A DNA stretch of 64,000 nucleotides from a virus. A program made the translations under genes and the position numbers. The notes under the pieces were generated by a model. The model worked only from the letters and a program-made list of their open reading frames with translations. It was not told the DNA's origin and did no database searches. This document shows positions 49,966-58,281 of the stretch, piece by piece (position 1 is the stretch's first letter; each line of letters begins with the position of its first letter). Location: IMG/VR virus record IMGVR_UViG_3300042261_001186, positions 1 to 64,000 of that record; one strand, written 5' to 3'.

Positions 49966-50500
49966 AATAGTCAAATGCCATTTTAAAAAGTGGACCTGGT
50001 ACTCCATGTTCTAATTCAGGTATAATTAAGATTTCTCCACCAGCTTCTTCAAATCCAACTTTTTGTAGAAAATCAACCACTAAGTGACCATCAACACCAC
50101 CTCTATTTTTTCTATCTCTTTCACCAATGATCATCATTTGTTCTCCAAAGACAGGAATATCTTTATAATCATCAGGGAGAGTTTGAAGTGTAGGGGCTTC
50201 ACTTGTAGGTGCAATAGCAGGATTGAAATGAAGACCTTTAAGTTTATATTTATTACATAAATGGAAACCTAAATGCCCACCTGCTGAATAACCTATAATC
50301 ATATCAACATGTTCATCTTCTACTATTTTTTCCAAATGTGGAAATAGATAATCTCCTTCATACCAATAGATTTCAGGATAGACTAATTCGTCTCCAAATG
50401 CAGTGAAGGTTCTAATGAAAAAGGGTTCTTTTTCAAAAGGTATTAAATTGTTGTCCTCGTCTCTCATTGAGCAAGAACCAGTGATAAACATAACTTTCAT
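49943..50500 (-). CDS. YqiA-like alpha/beta hydrolase
   Basis: GYSAGG nucleophile elbow, FNPA, GERD, EHG. Confidence 0.8.
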   Translation of the reverse strand: MKVMFITGSCSMRDEDNNLIPFEKEPFFIRTFTAFGDELVYPEIYWYEGDYLFPHLEKIVEDEHVDMIIGYSAGGHLGFHLCNKYKLKGLHFNPAIAPTSEAPTLQTLPDDYKDIPVFGEQMMIIGERDRKNRGGVDGHLVVDFLQKVGFEEAGGEILIIPELEHGVPGPLFKMAFDYFRELHYS

Positions 50501-50528
50501 ATTTTATATATATTATTGTTTTATACTG

Positions 50529-50536
50529 CAAATATA
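50529..50536 (-). promoter_or_regulatory. Bacteroidota-type -7 element
   Basis: TATATTTG(C) 28 nt upstream of the hydrolase start. Confidence 0.5.
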
Positions 50537-50560
50537 GGTGAATTTTTTATTAAATAAAAA

Positions 50561-50590
50561 TTTGTATTTTAATAAAAAGTGTTATCTTTG
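50561..50590 (+). promoter_or_regulatory. Bacteroidota-type promoter (-33 TTTG / -7 TATCTTTG)
   Basis: TTTG at 50561 and TATCTTTGC at 50583, upstream of clpC. Confidence 0.5.
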
Positions 50591-50661
50591 CATAAAATGA
50601 TAAAAAAATGAAAATAAATTTTAATATATATATACATAAATAAAAAATAAACATTTATCAA

Positions 50662-52866
50662 ATGAAGATAAAAAAATTCAAACTAGATTTATCTGAAGGC
50701 CGTAAGCCTAAAGGTTATAACAGAGTGGTCAATGAGGGCAATATGCCAGAAGATCAAGGTTTCGAAGGTGAGGAAAGACCACCACAAGATGAACAGGCTC
50801 CAGTTGATGCTGAAGAAAGACCTGCAACTCCAGTGTTGGATAATTTTGGTATAGATTTAACTAAAAGGGCTGAAGAAGATAAATTGGATCCAGTCATTGG
50901 TAGACACAAAGAAATCATTGAATTGTCTTGGATACTTTGTCGTAAGAACAAGAATAACCCTGTTTTGATTGGTGATGCTGGTGTTGGTAAAACAGCTATA
51001 GTTGAAGGGTTAGCACAATTGATAGTTAAAGGAAAATGTCCTAGTAAACTGAAAGGTAAAAAGATTATGACACTTGACATTGGTAGTTTACTTGCTGGTG
51101 CAAAATATAGAGGACAATTTGAAGAAAGAGTAAAAGCTATTGTTCAAGAACTCTCTGCAAATAAAGAATGGGCAAATAGGGTTTTAGGATCAAAACAAGG
51201 TGATATTATTTTATTCATTGATGAAGTCCATATGATAGTTGGTGCTGGTGGTGAAACAGATGCTGCAAATATGTTGAAACCTGCTTTGGCTAGAGGTGAA
51301 CTTCAATGTATTGGTTGTACAACATTAAATGAATATAGAGAATCTATTGAAAAAGATAATGCTCTTGAAAGAAGATTCCAAAAAGTTATGGTTGAACAAA
51401 CTTCATTGGATGATACTTTGGAAATTTTGAAAAGAATTAAAGAAAGATATGAAGATTATCATATTGTTACTTATACTGATGATGCTTTGAAAGCTTGTGT
51501 TTCACTTGCTGATAAACATCTTCAAGATAGATTTTTCCCAGATAAGGCAATTGACTTATTGGATGAAGCTGGTGCTAAAGCCCACTTGGAAGATGCAAAT
51601 GTTCCAGAAGAAATTACTTCTTTGGAAGAAGATCTTGAAAAAATGAGTGCTGAAAAAATGCTTCATTTACAAGCAGGTAGATATGATGAAGCACAGGCAG
51701 TAAGACAAAAAGAAGTTGCTGCTGATGCTAAGTTGAAAGAAATGAGAGGCAAATGGGAAGAAGAAAATAACTTGAAAAGAGTTGAAATCACTGCTGATAG
51801 TGTTGCTGAAATTTTCTCTATTAAAACAGGTATTCCAGTTGAGAAATTCAATGAAGATGAAGGTGCAAAACTCATGAAAATGGGTGAAAATTTAAAGATG
51901 GATATCATTGGACAAGATGAAGCCATAGCTAAAATTTCTAAATGTGTAAAGAGAAATAGAGCAGGATTGAAAGATCCAAAAAAACCAATGGGTGTATTCC
52001 TTTTCTTAGGTCCAACAGGTGTTGGTAAAACACAAACCGTAAAATCTTTGGCTAAACATTTGTTTGGTTCAGAAGATAATATGATTAGGGTTGATATGAG
52101 TGAATATGCTGAAAGTCACAACAGATCAAGAATGATTGGTGCTCCTCCAGGATATGTTGGTTATGGTGAAGGTGGACAATTAACTGAAAAAGTTAGAAGA
52201 AAACCATATAGTGTTGTTCTTTTGGATGAAATTGAAAAAGCACACCCTGAAGTTTTGACTTTATTCTTACAGGCATTTGATGATGGTATTATGACTGATG
52301 GTTCAGGTAGAAAAGTTAGTTTCAAAAACACTATTATGATTATGACTTCTAATATTGGAACTAATGTTGTAAAACAAGCTAGACCAATGGTTGGTTATGT
52401 AAATGCGCCAGCTGAACAGAAAGAAGTTGAAATGAAAGATCAAATGAAAAAAGAATTGAACAAAAGACTTCCTGCTGAATTCTTGAATAGAATTGATGAT
52501 GTTATTATATTCAATTCTTTAGGTAAAGAAAATCTTTTCAAAATCATTGATATTGAAATTGGTCAATTGGTTAAAAGAATAAAAGAATTAGGTTATACAT
52601 TAACCTTAACAGAAAAAGCAAAAGAATTTCTTCTTGAAAAAGGATTTGATGAAAAAATGGGTGCAAGACCTTTAAAAAGAGCTATTCAAACATATATTGA
52701 AGATCCTTTAGCAGATTTAATGTTAAGTAAGAAAATAACAGATAATATTAACATTGATTATGATGAAGCAGCTAAGAAACTTTTGATAAATGGTGAACCA
52801 GTTAATGAAAGTTTCAATATGTTAGACACCGTTAAAAAATTTGGAGAATATAAAAAACTTTTCTAA
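50662..52866 (+). CDS. clpC: ClpC-type Hsp100 AAA+ ATPase lacking the N-terminal domain
   Basis: LDPVIGR, GDAGVGKT, FIDEVH, UVR-like middle domain (RYDEAQAVRQKE), GPTGVGKT, GAPPGYVG, MVGY ClpP-loop-like, GARPLKR. Confidence 0.9.
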   Translation: MKIKKFKLDLSEGRKPKGYNRVVNEGNMPEDQGFEGEERPPQDEQAPVDAEERPATPVLDNFGIDLTKRAEEDKLDPVIGRHKEIIELSWILCRKNKNNPVLIGDAGVGKTAIVEGLAQLIVKGKCPSKLKGKKIMTLDIGSLLAGAKYRGQFEERVKAIVQELSANKEWANRVLGSKQGDIILFIDEVHMIVGAGGETDAANMLKPALARGELQCIGCTTLNEYRESIEKDNALERRFQKVMVEQTSLDDTLEILKRIKERYEDYHIVTYTDDALKACVSLADKHLQDRFFPDKAIDLLDEAGAKAHLEDANVPEEITSLEEDLEKMSAEKMLHLQAGRYDEAQAVRQKEVAADAKLKEMRGKWEEENNLKRVEITADSVAEIFSIKTGIPVEKFNEDEGAKLMKMGENLKMDIIGQDEAIAKISKCVKRNRAGLKDPKKPMGVFLFLGPTGVGKTQTVKSLAKHLFGSEDNMIRVDMSEYAESHNRSRMIGAPPGYVGYGEGGQLTEKVRRKPYSVVLLDEIEKAHPEVLTLFLQAFDDGIMTDGSGRKVSFKNTIMIMTSNIGTNVVKQARPMVGYVNAPAEQKEVEMKDQMKKELNKRLPAEFLNRIDDVIIFNSLGKENLFKIIDIEIGQLVKRIKELGYTLTLTEKAKEFLLEKGFDEKMGARPLKRAIQTYIEDPLADLMLSKKITDNINIDYDEAAKKLLINGEPVNESFNMLDTVKKFGEYKKLF

Positions 52867-52882
52867 ATTTTTAGATAAAAAT

Positions 52883-52912
52883 AAAAACCCAACAATTTTG
52901 TTGGGTTTTTTT
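52883..52912. terminator. Intrinsic terminator
   Basis: A5-CCCAACA-ATTT-TGTTGGG-T7. Confidence 0.8.
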
Positions 52913-52919
52913 ATTTTTG

Positions 52920-52927
52920 TATATTTG
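52920..52927 (+). promoter_or_regulatory. Bacteroidota-type -7 element
   Basis: TATATTTG(C) immediately before ATG 52932 (leaderless-like spacing). Confidence 0.5.
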
Positions 52928-52931
52928 CATT

Positions 52932-53312
52932 ATGAAAAAAATATCCATTGATTTTGATGAAACACTTGATAATGAGTGTGTTCAAACTTTTGTGTCTAAA
53001 TTAGTCAATGATGGTCATGATGTACATATTGTAACTTCAAGACCAAGTGAAACTCATATGTGGTATGTTGAATTATGGAGTAATAATGATTTATATGAAG
53101 TTGCAGAGAAATTGAAAATAAAAGATGAAAATATTCATTTTACTAGTTATGTATCAAAGTTCATATTTTTTTCTGAATTGGAAAACCAAGATTTTGATTT
53201 TCATTTAGATAATGATGAATTAGAAATAAAAGATATAAATAAATACACCAAAGTCAAAGGTATTTTATTTGATGAAAATTGGGAAACTAACATAGAAAAA
53301 CTCTTATTATAA
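52932..53312 (+). CDS. HAD-like phosphatase
   Basis: ISIDFDETL, IVTSR, K, HLDND; start corrected to MKKISIDF. Confidence 0.75.
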   Translation: MKKISIDFDETLDNECVQTFVSKLVNDGHDVHIVTSRPSETHMWYVELWSNNDLYEVAEKLKIKDENIHFTSYVSKFIFFSELENQDFDFHLDNDELEIKDINKYTKVKGILFDENWETNIEKLLL

Positions 53313-53752
53313 TGCAAACATTTTTACCATATGAATCTTTTACTGAAACTGCTAGAGTATTAGATTATAGGAGATTGAATAGTCAACGTAGAGAAGCACA
53401 TGGTATTATAAAAATATTATCAGGTGAATCTAAAGGTAAAGGTTGGATTAACCATCCAGCAGTTAAAATGTGGGAAGGTTATGATGAAATGTTGAAACTA
53501 TATTTTAATGTCATAGTTAAGGAATGGGTAGATAGAGGATATGTCAACAATTATGAATATTTTGATATTGATGAAACCAAATTAGTCTCTCCTTGGTGGC
53601 TTGGGGATAAGGATTTTCATAGGGCTATGAGAAGTAGATTAATAGAGAAAAATGAAGATTTTTATTTACCTAAATTTCCAAAAGATAAAGGTTTCAATGA
53701 TGGTAAATATTTTTGGCCAGTAAATCTAACTAAAACTTATAGGATTATATAA
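53312..53752 (+). CDS. Pyrimidine-dimer DNA glycosylase (DenV)-related protein
   Basis: MQTFLPY..F...A..LD..RL..QR.E, HPAVKMWEGY, W..RGY, PWWLG, H. Confidence 0.8.
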   Translation: MQTFLPYESFTETARVLDYRRLNSQRREAHGIIKILSGESKGKGWINHPAVKMWEGYDEMLKLYFNVIVKEWVDRGYVNNYEYFDIDETKLVSPWWLGDKDFHRAMRSRLIEKNEDFYLPKFPKDKGFNDGKYFWPVNLTKTYRII

Positions 53753-53756
53753 AAAG

Positions 53757-53788
53757 AAAAAAATCCGGACACATTGCCGGATTTTTTT
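53757..53788. terminator. Bidirectional terminator after the major capsid gene
   Basis: A7-TCCGG-ACACATTG-CCGGA-T7. Confidence 0.8.
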
Positions 53789-53831
53789 CATTATTACTAA
53801 GATAAGTATTCTGTTATCTGTAGTTGTTAGG

Positions 53832-55631
53832 TTAGATTAATACACCATGAGAATCTGTAACCTCAATAGCCATGAATTGTTTTTCTGGGAAGAAACCAAT
53901 ATCAGCTACTGCATATCTTGAACGGATAAGCATTCTTGGTGCCCATGTTGCTTCAGAAATCAATGAAATTGATTGTGCCATCAAATAAGGGATAAATAGA
54001 AGACCTGGTTGGTCAACACTATTTTTCCTACCTAAATAGATGTAGTTATCATCCCATCTCATATAAGGATCAACATAGATTGAAATTGCGCCTACATTAC
54101 CCATTGGGTAAAGTTGACCATTGGTACTCAATTTACCAGCATTAACTGGGTTGATTGTGTAACCAGCGATATCTTGAATAACAGATGCTAAGTTACCATT
54201 TGTTACCATGTATTGTGCTGGTCCAATTCTACCATCAGTTGCGATAAAGTTAGAAGCGTTATTGATTTTGGCAATAAGTTTTCTCTGGATTGAGTGAGTT
54301 GTTTCACCCATTGCTCCACCGTTTGCTGTTGTTGACAAAGCATCGATGTAGGTATCAACATTAAGGTCAAATTTTGAAATCAAACCTGTTGCGTCTTTAG
54401 GAGCCGTGTAAGAAACTCTGTTCTTCATAGCCAAAGTTCTGATTTTACCAACAATTTCCTTAGAAATTACTTGGGTCAATTCATTAATTAAAACACCTTC
54501 AAGTTTCTGAACAATGTCCATACCTGTTGCTGCTTTAATATCTTCAATTTGGGTTCTCTTCAATGTTGAAGAAATTTCAACATCACCAACTTGAATTGCC
54601 TTTGTGAAGACATCTGGACCAATTACACCAGGATAAGTTTTTTCATCTTGGTATCTTGTCATTCCACCACCTGGAGCTGTTGTATTTCCCCAACCATCTT
54701 CCATATTAGAAACCCAACCTGCTGAGAATCCAGGAATATGATCTTCAAGTAATGAAATCAATTCAACACCCCAGTTACCTGATGTAGTACCTGTTGTTGC
54801 ACCAGTCAAACATGTAAAACCACTAGCTGATAAATAAGCTGTGATAGAACCTGATTGTGGGAATGTGTTTAACATTTGATCCCAAGCTGAACCATCTTGT
54901 GGTGTCATTGAACCAACAGTGAAACCAGCTTGACGATAACATCTAAACATTGGGTAACCATCAACTCTTGAGAAACCTAAGAATTCTAACCAGTTTGCAT
55001 AACCTGCACCTGTTGTTGAAGATGGACCTGCACCTGAGAATAATGTGGTTGAAATACCACCTGCACCTAAGTGAACCCATGCTCTTTTTGATAAACCACC
55101 AACTCTTTCTTGAATATCCAAGATTACGAGTTCTGCTTGAATAGCTGCTTTTAAATTAGCATCTTCAGTTGTTGAACCAGTTGATTTTACTTTAAAAACC
55201 AATGGTCTTTGTTTAGGATCAGCATCACCGTGGAAATCACCACCACCTTGGTTGTAAGCATTGTCATATTTAAAATCTACAAACAATAATTCAATTCTTG
55301 GAGAAGCGGTTGGCTTTACAGCAACCAAATCCAAACCAATTGTTTGAGCTGCAATCTTCATTGCAACTGGGAGTAAATTCTGTGCAACGTCACCACTACC
55401 CATTGTGCCACCCCCTTGCCAAGTTGAACCTGGAATTGTGGAGATAACTGGAGCTTGTACATAACCAGCACCATTGCCATTCAATGTTGCATAACCAACA
55501 TTTTCATTCATTTGATGCATTTCTGCATACTCGGACATCCATGCTCTTTTTTCATCATCTTGAACTCTGAGAGCGTCAAGAATTGGAGCCCATTTTTTTA
55601 CTGCTTTCGCACTATCTACTATAAAATTCAT
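53832..55631 (-). CDS. Major capsid protein (T4 gp23-like)
   Basis: KKWAPIL N-terminus, IAAQTIGLDLVAVKP, QIEDIKA..G.D, VYVDPY-like IYVDPY, LFIPY, PRMLIRSRYA; downstream of the protease/scaffold gene. Confidence 0.92.
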   Translation of the reverse strand: MNFIVDSAKAVKKWAPILDALRVQDDEKRAWMSEYAEMHQMNENVGYATLNGNGAGYVQAPVISTIPGSTWQGGGTMGSGDVAQNLLPVAMKIAAQTIGLDLVAVKPTASPRIELLFVDFKYDNAYNQGGGDFHGDADPKQRPLVFKVKSTGSTTEDANLKAAIQAELVILDIQERVGGLSKRAWVHLGAGGISTTLFSGAGPSSTTGAGYANWLEFLGFSRVDGYPMFRCYRQAGFTVGSMTPQDGSAWDQMLNTFPQSGSITAYLSASGFTCLTGATTGTTSGNWGVELISLLEDHIPGFSAGWVSNMEDGWGNTTAPGGGMTRYQDEKTYPGVIGPDVFTKAIQVGDVEISSTLKRTQIEDIKAATGMDIVQKLEGVLINELTQVISKEIVGKIRTLAMKNRVSYTAPKDATGLISKFDLNVDTYIDALSTTANGGAMGETTHSIQRKLIAKINNASNFIATDGRIGPAQYMVTNGNLASVIQDIAGYTINPVNAGKLSTNGQLYPMGNVGAISIYVDPYMRWDDNYIYLGRKNSVDQPGLLFIPYLMAQSISLISEATWAPRMLIRSRYAVADIGFFPEKQFMAIEVTDSHGVLI

Positions 55632-55709
55632 TTTTTTAAGTTTTTTTTTTATTATATATTTGTTTTAAAAAGTCATTTTTTTCCAAAATGATTTTAATTC
55701 AAATTATAA

Positions 55710-58181
55710 TTATCTTTGATTTAATCTTTTCAAATATGCATCTACTTGAGAATCACTGAGTTTTGTGTTATCAAATCCGCTATAGCTTTCTTTTAGCAGA
55801 GTAACCTTACCCATATTTTTCTTAGCATATTCATGGAGGTTTCTGGAATTCCAGAAGCTTTCCATTTTGTCCTCAGTCAGGTTAGTATAAAATTGTGCAC
55901 TGCTTATAACACTACCTTGAACTTCTGGTTTTAAACTTTCCCAAATCGGTCTGAGATCGCTGGGGATATTGTCAATTAAGATTTCATTAAAGCTTCTGTT
56001 TTGAACAGTCAACGCTCTAGACATAATTTTCAAAACTTCATTTTCTGATGTGTAATACTTGCTTTCGTTCATTGCAGCTACTACTTTTTCTTTATCTTGT
56101 GGAGAAAGACTATAGAATGCAGTCTTTTTCTTTTCTGACAAGAAACTTAAAAAATGTGGGTCTTTATCATCTGAGGCTTCTCTTTTTTTAGTCTCATTGA
56201 TTTGCTTCAATATCATCCTCTTTAATGCGTTTTTAGATTCAAAAATCCTGTTACCAATTGGTGACAATCTTGATTCTTGAATTTCTTGTACTTCACCAGT
56301 ATCTGACAATTTTACAACTGCAATACCATTATCAGTATTCATAGCTAAAATTTCACCAGTCTTGTCATCATCAATTTTAACAACTTGACCTGGAGTCAAT
56401 TCTACACCATCAATATCATCTTCAATTTCTTCAGCGTTTACGCCATCAACATCAAAATCATCTAAATCATCTTGACCTTGTGCCTGACCTTGTCCTTGAA
56501 CTTGACCCTGACCTCGGATTGGTTGAGCTTGACCTTGACCTTGAATTTGTCCTTGTCCTTGGACTTGACCCTGACCTTGTGGTTGAATCAATCCTTGACC
56601 TTGAACTTGACCTTGGCCTTGTCCCATTTGTGCTTGTCCTTGTGAATCTTCATCATAATATTTAGATACATTATTTGTTTTGAAATCTCCCATTCTTTGT
56701 TCAGGTGATTCAATTGTTTCTCTGAGCATACCTAAACCTTTTGAGTTTAATTTTTCAGAAATGTATCTACCATATTCTATGTTTTTATCCAATGCTTCTG
56801 CGATGTAATTTTCATAAGCAATTGAATCTGTTAAATTTTCTGCGATATATTCAGCATATTTAATGCTATTATCTAATTGTTCACCAATGTATTCTGAATA
56901 TTTAATACTATTGTCAACATGTTCAGCAACATATTCTGAGTATTTGATATTATTATCAACATGTTCAGCAACATATTCTGCATAAGCAATGTTCTTTTCT
57001 ACATTTTCAGCAATGTATTCTGAATAAGCAATATTCTTATCAAGATTTTCAGCTACATATTGTGAATAATCAATTGATTTGTCTACATTTTCAGCAATGT
57101 ATTCTGAATATTTGATAGTATGATCAACGTTTTCAGCAATATATTCTGAAAAATCTATGGATTTATCCAATGTTTCAGCAATGTAATTTTGATAATCAAT
57201 TGATTTATCAACTGATTCAGCTACATATTCTGAATAACCAATGGCTTTTTCCAAGCTTTCAGCCAAATAATCATTGTATTGAATAAGTTTGTCTGTTTTG
57301 CTTTGAAGTTTTTCTTCTAATTTTTCGTTGGTTTTTTTGATTGTTTTGTTTTCTTGAACTAATACCTGCATTGTTTCTGCAAGATAATCAAGATAAGAGG
57401 TTATTTTCTTAAAGCCCTCATTGAAGGATTCGTACTTCTCGTATAAATTATTAAGTTTTTTAGGATCAAAATTACCACTCTTTACGGTTTGACTAATTTC
57501 TCTTTTTGTTTTGGTAATTTCTTCTGTTAAATAATTTGAGTACCTTTCCATTTGTTCTTTTGTTATAAATTCATTTTTATCCATATTAAACAAATCGTTT
57601 ATTTTTGACTCATCGGATATTTCGAATATCCTAAAGTTAGCACTCTCATTGAATCCCAAAGATTCATTTAAAGTGCGAATTTCCATCTTTGCTGAGCTAA
57701 ATCCAGGATCAGCAACAGCATCATAAGTAAATAATTTTTTAATGGTAACATGACCATTAGATTCAGTTACACCAGCAGCTCTAGATGATACAAAAATTGG
57801 AAATCCATCATCGACCAAAGCTTGAGCTTCTTTACCCCAATGAGTATTTAACAATCTTATTTCTCCATCAACCCTATTCTTTTCCTTAACAAAAAAAGCC
57901 TTCTCAACAACGTGTGACACTCTTGAGAGGCTTGTATCGAAAACATCTGGGTGATCGAATTCACCATAAACAACTCCTAATGTTTTTTTTCTTTCTAGTA
58001 ACTCATCCAAATGAGGCAAAAAACCAGCTGAATCATAAATTCGCTCATTGCGATTCTTAACACCAAATTCTGTAAATACACCGCCCAAGAGTATATTCTT
58101 CTTTCCATTATTGGCATTAACAGATTCATTTAATTTTTGTAACCCACTGGTAGAATTTTCAATGATTAAAACATTCTTCAT
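55710..58181 (-). CDS. Prohead protease (gp21-like) fused to scaffold/core region (gp22-like)
   Basis: KNRNERIY, GEFDHP, VSH, VSSRAAG, TYDAVADPGFSSA; followed by 14-aa repeats and a Q/G-rich linker. Confidence 0.92.
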   Translation of the reverse strand: MKNVLIIENSTSGLQKLNESVNANNGKKNILLGGVFTEFGVKNRNERIYDSAGFLPHLDELLERKKTLGVVYGEFDHPDVFDTSLSRVSHVVEKAFFVKEKNRVDGEIRLLNTHWGKEAQALVDDGFPIFVSSRAAGVTESNGHVTIKKLFTYDAVADPGFSSAKMEIRTLNESLGFNESANFRIFEISDESKINDLFNMDKNEFITKEQMERYSNYLTEEITKTKREISQTVKSGNFDPKKLNNLYEKYESFNEGFKKITSYLDYLAETMQVLVQENKTIKKTNEKLEEKLQSKTDKLIQYNDYLAESLEKAIGYSEYVAESVDKSIDYQNYIAETLDKSIDFSEYIAENVDHTIKYSEYIAENVDKSIDYSQYVAENLDKNIAYSEYIAENVEKNIAYAEYVAEHVDNNIKYSEYVAEHVDNSIKYSEYIGEQLDNSIKYAEYIAENLTDSIAYENYIAEALDKNIEYGRYISEKLNSKGLGMLRETIESPEQRMGDFKTNNVSKYYDEDSQGQAQMGQGQGQVQGQGLIQPQGQGQVQGQGQIQGQGQAQPIRGQGQVQGQGQAQGQDDLDDFDVDGVNAEEIEDDIDGVELTPGQVVKIDDDKTGEILAMNTDNGIAVVKLSDTGEVQEIQESRLSPIGNRIFESKNALKRMILKQINETKKREASDDKDPHFLSFLSEKKKTAFYSLSPQDKEKVVAAMNESKYYTSENEVLKIMSRALTVQNRSFNEILIDNIPSDLRPIWESLKPEVQGSVISSAQFYTNLTEDKMESFWNSRNLHEYAKKNMGKVTLLKESYSGFDNTKLSDSQVDAYLKRLNQR
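56754..57278 (-). repeat. 13 tandem 14-aa (42-bp) repeats YxEY[IV]AExxDxxI
   Basis: YSEYVAESVDKSID / YSEYIAENVDKSID / YAEYVAEHVDNNIK etc. Confidence 0.9.
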
Positions 58182-58246
58182 GTGTTATCTATTTTTTTAT
58201 TTATATATTGTAATAAAAAAGTCAATTTTTTCCATTTTGATAAAAT

Positions 58247-58276
58247 AAAAAAACCCAGGTAAATTACCTGGGTTTT
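58247..58276 (-). terminator. Intrinsic terminator after the portal gene
   Basis: A7-CCCAGGTAA-A-TTACCTGGG-T4. Confidence 0.8.
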
Positions 58277-58281
58277 GTATT

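Noticed and set aside
52917-52931. TTG start of the HAD-like gene given in the ORF track
   Set aside because: It overlaps the TATATTTG promoter element; ATG at 52932 places the DxD motif at the usual position
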